DNA of 64,000 bases from positions 196,161 to 260,160 of IMG/VR virus record IMGVR_UViG_3300029374_000001; one strand, 5' to 3'. The notes beneath the pieces are model-generated. The model was not told the origin of the DNA and did not search any database. It saw nothing but the letters and a program-made list of their open reading frames with translations. Position 1 is the stretch's first letter. Each line of letters starts with the position of its first letter. This document shows positions 28,500 to 37,045 of this stretch, in pieces. Source of the DNA: a virus. A program made the position numbers and the translations under genes.

Positions 28500-30269
28500 G
28501 TGGGTAAGAAGTATACAAAATATGACAATATCTATGATGATAATGAAAGAATCTATAATGATGGAGAAATCTATACAGTAGATAAAGAACATAATAAATC
28601 CGATGATCCCAAATATAAAAAATTTACTATCACTATTGTTCAACCTAACGACGCTGTAATAGAAGTAGTTACTAAAGGAAAGGAGACGGTAGTTCATACA
28701 ACTACCTTCTCTGCTCCTTATGATACACGATATACAGTTCGGTTTAAAGATAATAAGAATCCTTCTGGTTTATATCTGAATTGTACAAATAATGGTAAGC
28801 TAGCCAGAGATATTACTATCAAAGCATTCACTCCAGAAGACAAAGATAAACAAGTCTTAATGACTATAATGCAAACCGATAACCAAACTATTGTTGCTTA
28901 TGGTATCACTAAGAATGCGGAAGGTAAATGGGTATATTCTGGAGAAAATTATACAGAATCATTCTTTGCTTATATTGGAAGCAAATGGAGATTTGCTGTT
29001 ATTCCTAATAAAGATATAGGAGATTATTATCTCAATATCATTCAATCTGATCATCAGACAATTACAGTCAGAGCAATGACCGGATATCATGATTATAGAG
29101 CTGGGGTATTGGTTTCTTATCCTCATGATGATAAACATGCTCCCTATACAGAAAATGATAATGATAAATATGAATATACAGCAACCTTCCAAAATTGTAG
29201 AATATTTTCTACATTAGCATTTGATAATGAAGACTTAGGAACGATTAATCATCGGTTAGAAATTAGACACGTTCCCTATCTGAATATAACGGTAACTGAT
29301 ATGTATGGACGAATCTATACTAAGAGTTGTTATATGAGGGAAGGAATGACATATACCGCTAAGGTTACATCTGCTGATCGTCATTATATCTATTCCAAAG
29401 TAATTATCAATGGCGTTGTACAATCCAGCAATGAAGCCACCGATGTATTGAATACAGATACAATCATTACGGCTTTACCAGCAGTTCCTGTATCTACGTA
29501 TGTAAAATTTACTCCTCAAGTGTTTGATACGTCAATTCAATCCAGATTAAATTATGATACCATACTTCATATGGCGATAGGAGATACTAAAGATTCATTA
29601 ACTCCTTTAGATATCTATAATTACAAAAAAGTTAAAATCAATGCTAATCCTGCTAAGTTTGGAGCGGACGATATCAAAACAGATGATCTGTATGTATCTA
29701 GGTTATCTGGTGATCATACAGGAGATACAGTTTATCCAATTAAGTTTTCTCCCACAAAAGAATATAGTACAGGAGAAACGTATGCTGTAGAACCTAGAAT
29801 TTATCATTGGTATGATAAAGAATATCACGCTGGATATATGTTGGAAATGCAGAATAAAATTTCCAATAGAGATATCAGAATCTATGGAACTGATGACACG
29901 GTTAAGTTAAGATTGATGACTTATAGCTTCGATGCAGATTCCGATATTAATGATGGTAAATTGGATATAACAGAAGATACTATTGGAAGATGGATGATTG
30001 CCTTTGATGATGTAACCAATAATGGCAATGATCCAACTGATCTTATTAATGAAATCATTATTTATTTTTATGATGATTTAGGTCATAGAATCATTGGTAA
30101 GATTGGTAACTTTAATTATTATTCGACGTTTGCGGTCTATAATGATGATAAAACAAATTGTCTGATATATACAAAGAAGACTCTGCATGGGCCTACAGAT
30201 TCAATGTATATTAATCTACTACAACACATTAATAAACCAATGATCGTTAGAATTGGACTTTATAAATGA
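28500..30269 (+). CDS. Structural (tail) protein with Ig-like repeats, 589 aa.
   Basis: It has a GTG start after AAAGGAG. Its repeats include FTITIVQPNDAVIEVV, LMTIMQTDNQTIVAYG and YLNIIQSDHQTITVRA. Confidence 0.6.
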   Translation: MGKKYTKYDNIYDDNERIYNDGEIYTVDKEHNKSDDPKYKKFTITIVQPNDAVIEVVTKGKETVVHTTTFSAPYDTRYTVRFKDNKNPSGLYLNCTNNGKLARDITIKAFTPEDKDKQVLMTIMQTDNQTIVAYGITKNAEGKWVYSGENYTESFFAYIGSKWRFAVIPNKDIGDYYLNIIQSDHQTITVRAMTGYHDYRAGVLVSYPHDDKHAPYTENDNDKYEYTATFQNCRIFSTLAFDNEDLGTINHRLEIRHVPYLNITVTDMYGRIYTKSCYMREGMTYTAKVTSADRHYIYSKVIINGVVQSSNEATDVLNTDTIITALPAVPVSTYVKFTPQVFDTSIQSRLNYDTILHMAIGDTKDSLTPLDIYNYKKVKINANPAKFGADDIKTDDLYVSRLSGDHTGDTVYPIKFSPTKEYSTGETYAVEPRIYHWYDKEYHAGYMLEMQNKISNRDIRIYGTDDTVKLRLMTYSFDADSDINDGKLDITEDTIGRWMIAFDDVTNNGNDPTDLINEIIIYFYDDLGHRIIGKIGNFNYYSTFAVYNDDKTNCLIYTKKTLHGPTDSMYINLLQHINKPMIVRIGLYK

Positions 30270-30282
30270 GGTGACGTAATCG

Positions 30283-32349
30283 ATGGCAAATGATAACTTA
30301 TATTATGATAATGGCAATAAACTGGATCAATTATTGACTGAGAGTAATCTGAAAGACCATAATAATGATTCAGACGCACATAAATCTTTATTTGCCCAAT
30401 ATACAAAGAATAATCCGGTAGGCATTCATGGAGCTATGCATAAATTAGGTGTTAACTTTAAGCCTACGGATGAATCTACATTGGGCTTTGCTAAGTTGGG
30501 TAATTTCTGTTGCACATATACAACTCATAACTGTTTTACCAATCAGCCGTCTCAGTTTGGACAATTGCTTAGTTATCCGACAGACGTAGATCCTGCTAAG
30601 AGTAATGATATCCGAGTAACCCAGATATGGTTTGATGGATATAATGGAGATGTCTTTACACGTACTGGAACTAAGAATAATCCAATTAAAGATTTAGTGT
30701 TCAGTAGATTCTATCTAGTTACAGATGAATTCAATCGATCTGGTACAGAATTTCCAATGGCTGGATTGATTCCTGGTATGTTGTATTATAGAACTGACGA
30801 ACAGAAGCTGTATATATTACAGAAGATGCCGGCCGTATGGAAAGAAGTCATTGATACATCTTTGACCTCTGGTGTAGCATCTTCTTTATCTCATGCTTGG
30901 TGGAAATTAGATAATACCAATGACGATAAGTCTGTTTATAGATTTAAGAAGAATGAAGATTTAAATACATATACAACTCCTGGTTGTTATGCATCCATTG
31001 GTTCTGCATATTCTGCTACTTTGAAACATTGCCCCTATACAGCTGGTAACTTTAGATTGGTCGTACAGGAAAATGTTAAAGGTTGGGGTATGCAATTCTT
31101 ATATGCCGGCAACCAGAATGAATTATACACCAGAGGATTTTCTAAATCTCCAGATGGTACTACATATGTATTTACCAACTGGGATAAACAGATGAAATAC
31201 TCTGATACAATTTCTCATGCTGTTATAGCAGATGCTGATAAATATGGTAAGCAGATTGATAAAACATATGTAAAGCTAATTGGTGGTGTAATGGAAGGTG
31301 CATTGGATGTCAGAGATCGTTTAGGATTATATGATTCCGAAATGACCTTTGGTAATCCTCCGGCAGTAAGTACTTTCAATAATTTATTCTTCTATGATAG
31401 AAATATGAATCCGATGGAAGTTATATCTTCTCGATACGACCCAGATGGTTCTCATTATATATGCTTTGGGTCGTATAAGTCTAAAGACGATAATACATTG
31501 AATTTACTCTCTCTTGGTTGGAGTGCCTCTGGTACTCCCCAAGCATTGCTGAAATCTGATATAATATTTAATGGCAATATTAATTGTGATAGAGATATTA
31601 CGGCTCAGACATTCCATGGAACGATTGATAAAGCGGAAAAGATTGAAACAACAGCCCCTGTAAATTCTGCCGTTGATTTAATTAGAGCGGGAATGGCTGG
31701 TACTGATGCATTCAGAATTAGAATTGGTGATTCTGGTAGTGATACTGGATGGGCAGAAATAGCTACATCAGATGATGGTAATGAGCCAATTTACGTTCGC
31801 CAATATACAAAAGCGACCGCAGCTCCCAATGGATCATTCTCTACTGTAAAACGCTCTGCCACACTCTTGGATGCTAATGGGGATACTGTATTCCCTGGTG
31901 TACTGACTGCACAGAAATGCGTCAATGCTATCTATAATGACTATGCAGAATTCTTTGAAAGAGGAGAAGATACAGAAGCAGGAGATATTATTGCGTTAGA
32001 TTTAACTTCTGATGAAGAAAAATATATTAAGGCAACTAAAGATTCTTCTGTTGTAGTTGGTGTACACTCTGATGAGTTTGCTTATGTTATTGGTGGTATG
32101 ACTCCAGATGATACAAGAGATATTGTATCCTTTAATATGGAGAAGTATATTCCAGTTGCATTAATGGGTCGTGTTCATGTTAAAGTTGCCGGAGAAGTTC
32201 ATAAGGGAGATAAGATCATTCCTTCCGATTTGGCTGGTGTCGGCAAAATCGCAAAGCCAGGCGATGATATAACCCATTATGTAGGAATTTGCTTAGAAGA
32301 TAACAAAGATACAGAAATTAGAAAAGTTAGAATGCTTGTTAGGAGATAA
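30283..32349 (+). CDS. Tail/virion structural protein, 688 aa.
   Basis: It is an ORF with the SD GAGGTGA and sits within the structural operon. Confidence 0.5.
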   Translation: MANDNLYYDNGNKLDQLLTESNLKDHNNDSDAHKSLFAQYTKNNPVGIHGAMHKLGVNFKPTDESTLGFAKLGNFCCTYTTHNCFTNQPSQFGQLLSYPTDVDPAKSNDIRVTQIWFDGYNGDVFTRTGTKNNPIKDLVFSRFYLVTDEFNRSGTEFPMAGLIPGMLYYRTDEQKLYILQKMPAVWKEVIDTSLTSGVASSLSHAWWKLDNTNDDKSVYRFKKNEDLNTYTTPGCYASIGSAYSATLKHCPYTAGNFRLVVQENVKGWGMQFLYAGNQNELYTRGFSKSPDGTTYVFTNWDKQMKYSDTISHAVIADADKYGKQIDKTYVKLIGGVMEGALDVRDRLGLYDSEMTFGNPPAVSTFNNLFFYDRNMNPMEVISSRYDPDGSHYICFGSYKSKDDNTLNLLSLGWSASGTPQALLKSDIIFNGNINCDRDITAQTFHGTIDKAEKIETTAPVNSAVDLIRAGMAGTDAFRIRIGDSGSDTGWAEIATSDDGNEPIYVRQYTKATAAPNGSFSTVKRSATLLDANGDTVFPGVLTAQKCVNAIYNDYAEFFERGEDTEAGDIIALDLTSDEEKYIKATKDSSVVVGVHSDEFAYVIGGMTPDDTRDIVSFNMEKYIPVALMGRVHVKVAGEVHKGDKIIPSDLAGVGKIAKPGDDITHYVGICLEDNKDTEIRKVRMLVRR

Positions 32350-32354
32350 TATAA

Positions 32355-33467
32355 ATGGGTAAGTTTTTAAAAAGACAAACCAAAACCATTTTTATTATGC
32401 TTGGGAATGGATGTAACTTATCCTGTATATATTGCTTACAGCATCCACTGGTTCATAAGCCACTGTCTAATAAGATCAATCCAGATATTTATGAGTTTAT
32501 CAAAGAATGTAACGAAGAGAACGGGAAAGATCATCCCGTTCATCTTCAATTCTTTGGTGGAGAACCATTGGTATATTATCCTAATATAGAAGAAATCGTA
32601 GAAGCGACTAAAGATATAGGATGTACATATTCTGTTATTACTAATGGGAAATTGATGAACGATCATATGGTTGAATTTTTTAATAAGAATAACTTTTGGG
32701 TAACTATCTCTTGGGATGGGCCTAATGTTATGAAAACCAGAGGATTTGATGCATTTGATTCGTCCTCCCCATTAAGACGTAGACTATTGCGTTTAGACCA
32801 TCTATCTATTTCTGCGGTTATGTCATCTAAAGCATATCCAAAAGAAATTTTAGAAGGTATGCAAGAGATCTCCAACCAATATTATAAACTCAAAGGATAT
32901 CAAGTAGGAATCAATATTGATCAGATCTTTGATACAGGAATAACAAACAAAGAAATTCTGGATGTAGACTATCAAAGAGTCAGAGATGAAATAGAAGAGA
33001 TGGGAAAAGAATTCTTATTAGATACAATCAACTCCAAATATTCCAGAGAATCCTATACAAAGACAATGTTTATTCAAGATCTCTATAACCATATCAATCA
33101 ATTCTACGGTAAACAAAATGGTGTATGGAATAAATATTACTGCAATTGTGGTAATGGATATGCTATATTGAATATGGATTTAGAAGGAAATCTGTATACT
33201 TGTCATAATACTTCTACTAAGGTTGGGACAATATATACTCCCTATTTCCAATATCTGAATGAGGTGTTGAAAACAGATTATACAGACCATATGAGATCTA
33301 CTTGTAAAGATTGTGTTGCTTTGGCATTCTGTAATGGTGGATGTAAGTTAGTTTCTGAGCAAGCCAGAGAAGAAACATATTGCAAATTAAAAAAAGCTGT
33401 ATTTGAGCCTATGTTGAATTTAATACAAGAATATGGGAAAATGGTAGGTGAGTCAAAAAATGCCTAA
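32355..33467 (+). CDS. Radical SAM enzyme with a C-terminal SPASM domain (a peptide/protein-modifying maturase), 370 aa.
   Basis: It has GNGCNLSCIYC (CxxxCxxC), FFGGEPL (the GGE motif) and ITNG. The SPASM cysteine cluster is CNCGNGYAILNMDLEGNLYTCHN ... CKDCVALAFCNGGC. Confidence 0.85.
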   Translation: MGKFLKRQTKTIFIMLGNGCNLSCIYCLQHPLVHKPLSNKINPDIYEFIKECNEENGKDHPVHLQFFGGEPLVYYPNIEEIVEATKDIGCTYSVITNGKLMNDHMVEFFNKNNFWVTISWDGPNVMKTRGFDAFDSSSPLRRRLLRLDHLSISAVMSSKAYPKEILEGMQEISNQYYKLKGYQVGINIDQIFDTGITNKEILDVDYQRVRDEIEEMGKEFLLDTINSKYSRESYTKTMFIQDLYNHINQFYGKQNGVWNKYYCNCGNGYAILNMDLEGNLYTCHNTSTKVGTIYTPYFQYLNEVLKTDYTDHMRSTCKDCVALAFCNGGCKLVSEQAREETYCKLKKAVFEPMLNLIQEYGKMVGESKNA

Positions 33468-33741
33468 AAATGGAAATATACCTCAAACAGTATTCTCTAA
33501 TGGAAATCAAGGAGATATTGTTAAGAAAGCATCTATACAGGAAATACGGAATGCATTAGATGCTTTGAACAATACATATGCTGCCAATGTAGATAATTGT
33601 GGAAATTGTACTTTTTGTCAAACCTGCCAGACTCAATCTTGTCAAGGATGCCAAGTGTGCCAATCTTGCCAGACAGTACATTGGATAGAGCAATGCCCAT
33701 CTAAAGATTGTAATTGTGTAGATGACGCTGGTTCGGGTTAA
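33460..33741 (+). CDS. Cys-rich CQxCQ-repeat peptide A, 93 aa, a candidate RiPP-like precursor or substrate peptide.
   Basis: The SD AGGTGAG precedes the ATG at 33460, and the start overlaps the radical SAM gene's stop by 8 nt. The core is CGNCTFCQTCQTQSCQGCQVCQSCQT...CPSKDCNC and the tail is DDAGSG. The leader helix IQEIRNALDAL is shared with peptide B. Confidence 0.6.
   Translation: MPKNGNIPQTVFSNGNQGDIVKKASIQEIRNALDALNNTYAANVDNCGNCTFCQTCQTQSCQGCQVCQSCQTVHWIEQCPSKDCNCVDDAGSG
33598..33676 (+). repeat. Tandem roughly 9-nt TGYCARNNN coding repeats within peptide A.
   Basis: The DNA reads tgtcaaacctgccagactcaatcttgtcaaggatgccaagtgtgccaatcttgccagaca. Confidence 0.6.
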
Positions 33742-33752
33742 GAGGTGATATT

Positions 33753-34109
33753 ATGGGATATACAGATCCAGATTTAACTGGTAAACCAATAAAACGACAG
33801 CATTTAGAAGAACTCAAAACGGCTATAACTACATTAAGTTCATCTAAAAAAGTTTCTGTACCGATTAATATCTCTTCTTCTGATAAAGTAACCTCTGCAA
33901 ATGTAAAAGCATTGCAGAATGCAATTCATAGTTTACAAACCAAGTTCTCCAATAATTGCTGTCAAGCCAATTGCTGTCAGACTTGCCAGGTTTGTCAAGG
34001 ATGTCAAACCTGCCAGGGTTGTCAGACATGTCAAAGTTGCCAAACCAATAAAGAATGTTATAATCCAAACTGCGATTGCAACTGTGGAGATGATGGAGGA
34101 GGAGGTTAA
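33753..34109 (+). CDS. Cys-rich CQxCQ-repeat peptide B, 118 aa, paralogous to peptide A.
   Basis: It has the SD AAGAGGTGATATTATG. The core is NNCCQANCCQTCQVCQGCQTCQGCQTCQSCQT...CYNPNCDCNCGDDGGGG and the leader motif is ANVKALQNAIHSLQ. Confidence 0.6.
   Translation: MGYTDPDLTGKPIKRQHLEELKTAITTLSSSKKVSVPINISSSDKVTSANVKALQNAIHSLQTKFSNNCCQANCCQTCQVCQGCQTCQGCQTCQSCQTNKECYNPNCDCNCGDDGGGG
33955..34045 (+). repeat. Tandem TGYCARNNN coding repeats within peptide B.
   Basis: The DNA reads tgctgtcagacttgccaggtttgtcaaggatgtcaaacctgccagggttgtcagacatgtcaaagttgccaaacc. Confidence 0.6.
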
Positions 34110-34489
34110 TGATGATTATTTCTGGACAAATTTTAACAATAGATGGACCGAAAGATCTGAAAGATGTTACCAAGTTGGATTGGGTTCTCTCGGGTACTAT
34201 TCCTACCAGAATTATAGATATACAGAAAACAACTGTTAAGACATATAAAACGTTCTCTACTGTTCCCACTCTATGGGTTGGTAAAGATACAAAAATGAAG
34301 ACCATACATGGGTTGATGAATATGAAAAATAAAGATGAAGCTGATTTAACCAGACCATATACAACAGATATTCATGTAGCGGCTTCTATTAAAAAATCTG
34401 ATGAAGAATTAACTGGGTATATCTTTAAATTAGCCAATGGAAGTCATACCATCGTTGTAGAGAACTGTGAGGTTGAATGCGATGCTTAA
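34109..34489 (+). CDS. Hypothetical protein, 126 aa, with the C-terminus ENCEVECDA. It is co-operonic with the radical SAM/peptide genes.
   Basis: It is an ORF whose start overlaps the peptide B stop (TAATG). Confidence 0.45.
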   Translation: MMIISGQILTIDGPKDLKDVTKLDWVLSGTIPTRIIDIQKTTVKTYKTFSTVPTLWVGKDTKMKTIHGLMNMKNKDEADLTRPYTTDIHVAASIKKSDEELTGYIFKLANGSHTIVVENCEVECDA

Positions 34490-35318
34490 GATATTATTTA
34501 ATAAAGATAGCACAGATACTCATTTGAAATATAATATGGATTTATTAGGAACCTTTCTTTCTCTACGCTGCGAAAATACGGATCCTGCTTATTTAGCTTC
34601 TGGTAGAGATGGAGTAGAAGTATTGGATTCTTATACTTCCTATGTATTTGTAAACAATCCAAATTCTATTGTAAAGAACTTTAGAGTTCCTACTAAGTCC
34701 GCTTATAAGTTTTTAAATATGAATCGTCTTGGCGTAGCTATTCGAATGGATTATTCTGATATGGCACAATTATTCTCTAATGGAGATACTATGTGCCAGA
34801 TAGATACCGGAATGATTTCCAGTACAGAGAAAGATATTATCATTAGATTCTTTGTAGGAACAAAAGCTAACTTTAATATCCAAACAGATATGGATGTAGA
34901 GTATGGTGAGTTCAGTTCTGCAGATTTGCCTTCCCAAAGTCATCCAAGAGCGACACTTTGGGATAGCTATTCTTTGAAAATAGACGATATTGAGTATAAG
35001 GCCGATAGGTATGGGAATGGTGTACAAGGAACGTTCCAAACGCCCATTTCTTATAAAAACGTACCGATTGAATTAACTATTCAAAAGTATAAAGGAAACT
35101 TCTCTGCAACTAAATTAACCAGAGATATAGATTGTGAAGATGTATTAATAGATTGCTCTTGTGGTGTATTGGATACTAAGAGAGTTTCTTTAAATAAAGG
35201 AATAGCTAAAGTCCATTTATATCCATTTGACTACTCTGGTAAAGTAAAAATTAAGTTGGGCAGAAAATGGTATGAAGTATGGAATGAATATAATTTAATC
35301 TTAGAGAAGAAGCCATGA
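34467..35318 (+). CDS. Hypothetical protein, 283 aa.
   Basis: It is an ORF with a 4-nt overlap with the downstream radical SAM gene. Confidence 0.5.
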   Translation: MRLNAMLKILFNKDSTDTHLKYNMDLLGTFLSLRCENTDPAYLASGRDGVEVLDSYTSYVFVNNPNSIVKNFRVPTKSAYKFLNMNRLGVAIRMDYSDMAQLFSNGDTMCQIDTGMISSTEKDIIIRFFVGTKANFNIQTDMDVEYGEFSSADLPSQSHPRATLWDSYSLKIDDIEYKADRYGNGVQGTFQTPISYKNVPIELTIQKYKGNFSATKLTRDIDCEDVLIDCSCGVLDTKRVSLNKGIAKVHLYPFDYSGKVKIKLGRKWYEVWNEYNLILEKKP

Positions 35319-36289
35319 AATCTATCAGCATATATTTAGGCAGTAAGTGTAACATGAATTGTTCTTATTGCCATAGAATAGAATCTGAAGAAGAAAACCA
35401 TATTTCAGATGAGCTCATTGCTCATCTGAAGTCTATGGGCAAAATTCATATTAGTTTTTTTGGTGGAGAACCTACTCTATATATGGATGATATCAAAAGA
35501 GTAGTAGAAGCTATGCCAGAAAATTCATATAGAATTACAACCAATGGAATTCTCTTTGATAAATATAGAGAATTCTTTTTAAAATATAATTTCAAAGTGG
35601 CATTTTCTTATGATGGAAATAATGCATTACGTTCTAAAGATATTTTAGATCATCCAATAGAATATCCATTTGTTAATATCTCTTGTACTCTCTTTCATGG
35701 AAATACAGATTTAGAATATATTATGCATCAATTTAATGAGAAAGAGAAAGTCATATCAGTCAGACTTTCTTTATATCCTCATATCATGCATATGACTTCA
35801 GAGTCTAATAAACCATATGCATTAACCAGAGAAGATTATACTTCTTTGATTGAACAAATCAAAACCTATGTATCCAAATATGTTATAGATTTTGAGAAAT
35901 ATGGTATTATGAATTATAGAATTAATGGACTATTCATATTGGTTAATTCTTTATTGAATAATAACTATGAATATGGTGAAACCTATTGTGTTCATCGTAA
36001 TATAAAGAAAATAGATACATCTGGAAAAATGTATACTTGTTTATATATGAGAGATGATCAACTATTTCCAGATACATGGCAACAAGATTTAGCCAATGTC
36101 ATTGATAAGACCTTTACAGATTGTAAAACATGTTCTTATTATAGATATTGTGGTTCTGCTTGTGTTAAATCTAAAGAACATGAGTTAGAATGTTATTTCT
36201 ATAAGAGACTCATTATTTGGGGATTACAATTTAGAAACCATCATAAAGAAGCTTTTCAAGAATTATCTAAGATCATTAGGAGGAAATAA
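35315..36289 (+). CDS. Second radical SAM enzyme with a SPASM domain, 324 aa.
   Basis: It has GSKCNMNCSYC, FFGGEPT and TTNG. The SPASM cluster is CVHRN...YTCLY ... CKTCSYYRYCGSAC. Confidence 0.85.
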   Translation: MKSISIYLGSKCNMNCSYCHRIESEEENHISDELIAHLKSMGKIHISFFGGEPTLYMDDIKRVVEAMPENSYRITTNGILFDKYREFFLKYNFKVAFSYDGNNALRSKDILDHPIEYPFVNISCTLFHGNTDLEYIMHQFNEKEKVISVRLSLYPHIMHMTSESNKPYALTREDYTSLIEQIKTYVSKYVIDFEKYGIMNYRINGLFILVNSLLNNNYEYGETYCVHRNIKKIDTSGKMYTCLYMRDDQLFPDTWQQDLANVIDKTFTDCKTCSYYRYCGSACVKSKEHELECYFYKRLIIWGLQFRNHHKEAFQELSKIIRRK

Positions 36290-36972
36290 TGCATTTATTT
36301 GTATTTGATGATGCTGTCAGAAAAACAGATCTGAAAGAGAATATCAAACTGAATATATATGATGATCATATTTTTCATTTCTTCCATAATGATCACAAGT
36401 TAATTATAGATACAGATTTATTAAGAGATGGATCCAGTACAATAGTTCTATATAGTCAAGCAACAGACAATACTTATGTATTATATGACTTTAGAGAATT
36501 ATTAGAGATTTTAGATATGACTCCAAAAGAAATGCTGACCAATCTCAATCAAAAAGGATTCATGCAAATTGATAAATGTAATAACAATACATTTATTAAA
36601 GTTTTCTTGCTTAGAGGAGAAACAGAGCTATCTAGCGATACTCATAACTTTGCTTCCTATAAGCATTATACCATAGATTATATTCATCCGTTGGATTGGA
36701 AATATAGCTGGACAATTCATGATGCAAAAGCTGTGTTGTCTGAAGACTATAAAAAAGTAACCATATCTTTCAATATGAAACGTTCTGATTTCTGGATAAA
36801 AGATTTATATATCTCTCATGCTGGTCAGACAGAAAAAATAAAAGAGGGATACAATGAAGTTACTTTTACTTATATAGAAACAGAAGATGTTTATTTTGGA
36901 AATCCTAATTGTCATTATAAAGGAAGATGTTTGAATCTGACCAGATTACTCTATGAAACCAACCTAAAGTGA
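36289..36972 (+). CDS. Hypothetical protein, 227 aa, the last gene of the radical SAM cluster.
   Basis: It is an ORF with the SD AGGAGGAAATAATG, and its start overlaps the radical SAM gene's stop. Confidence 0.5.
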   Translation: MHLFVFDDAVRKTDLKENIKLNIYDDHIFHFFHNDHKLIIDTDLLRDGSSTIVLYSQATDNTYVLYDFRELLEILDMTPKEMLTNLNQKGFMQIDKCNNNTFIKVFLLRGETELSSDTHNFASYKHYTIDYIHPLDWKYSWTIHDAKAVLSEDYKKVTISFNMKRSDFWIKDLYISHAGQTEKIKEGYNEVTFTYIETEDVYFGNPNCHYKGRCLNLTRLLYETNLK

Positions 36973-37045
36973 GATATTCCTATAAAGGAATATCTCTTTT
37001 ATTCCAGTCAACATTTCAGTAAATTCATGAATTTATATAGAGAGG

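Noticed and set aside
33598-34045. A regularly spaced short repeat array that could be mistaken for a CRISPR or minisatellite.
   Set aside because: The repeats are 9-nt coding repeats inside two ORFs (CQx triplets). They are not 25-40-nt direct repeats with unique spacers. No cas genes are present.
33865-34305. 146-aa minus-strand and 106-aa plus-strand (33919..34239) ORFs overlapping the peptide B gene.
   Set aside because: They are generated by the TGYCARNNN tandem repeat, which is open in several frames. They have no RBS. The sense-frame product has the meaningful Cys register and is translationally coupled to its neighbours.
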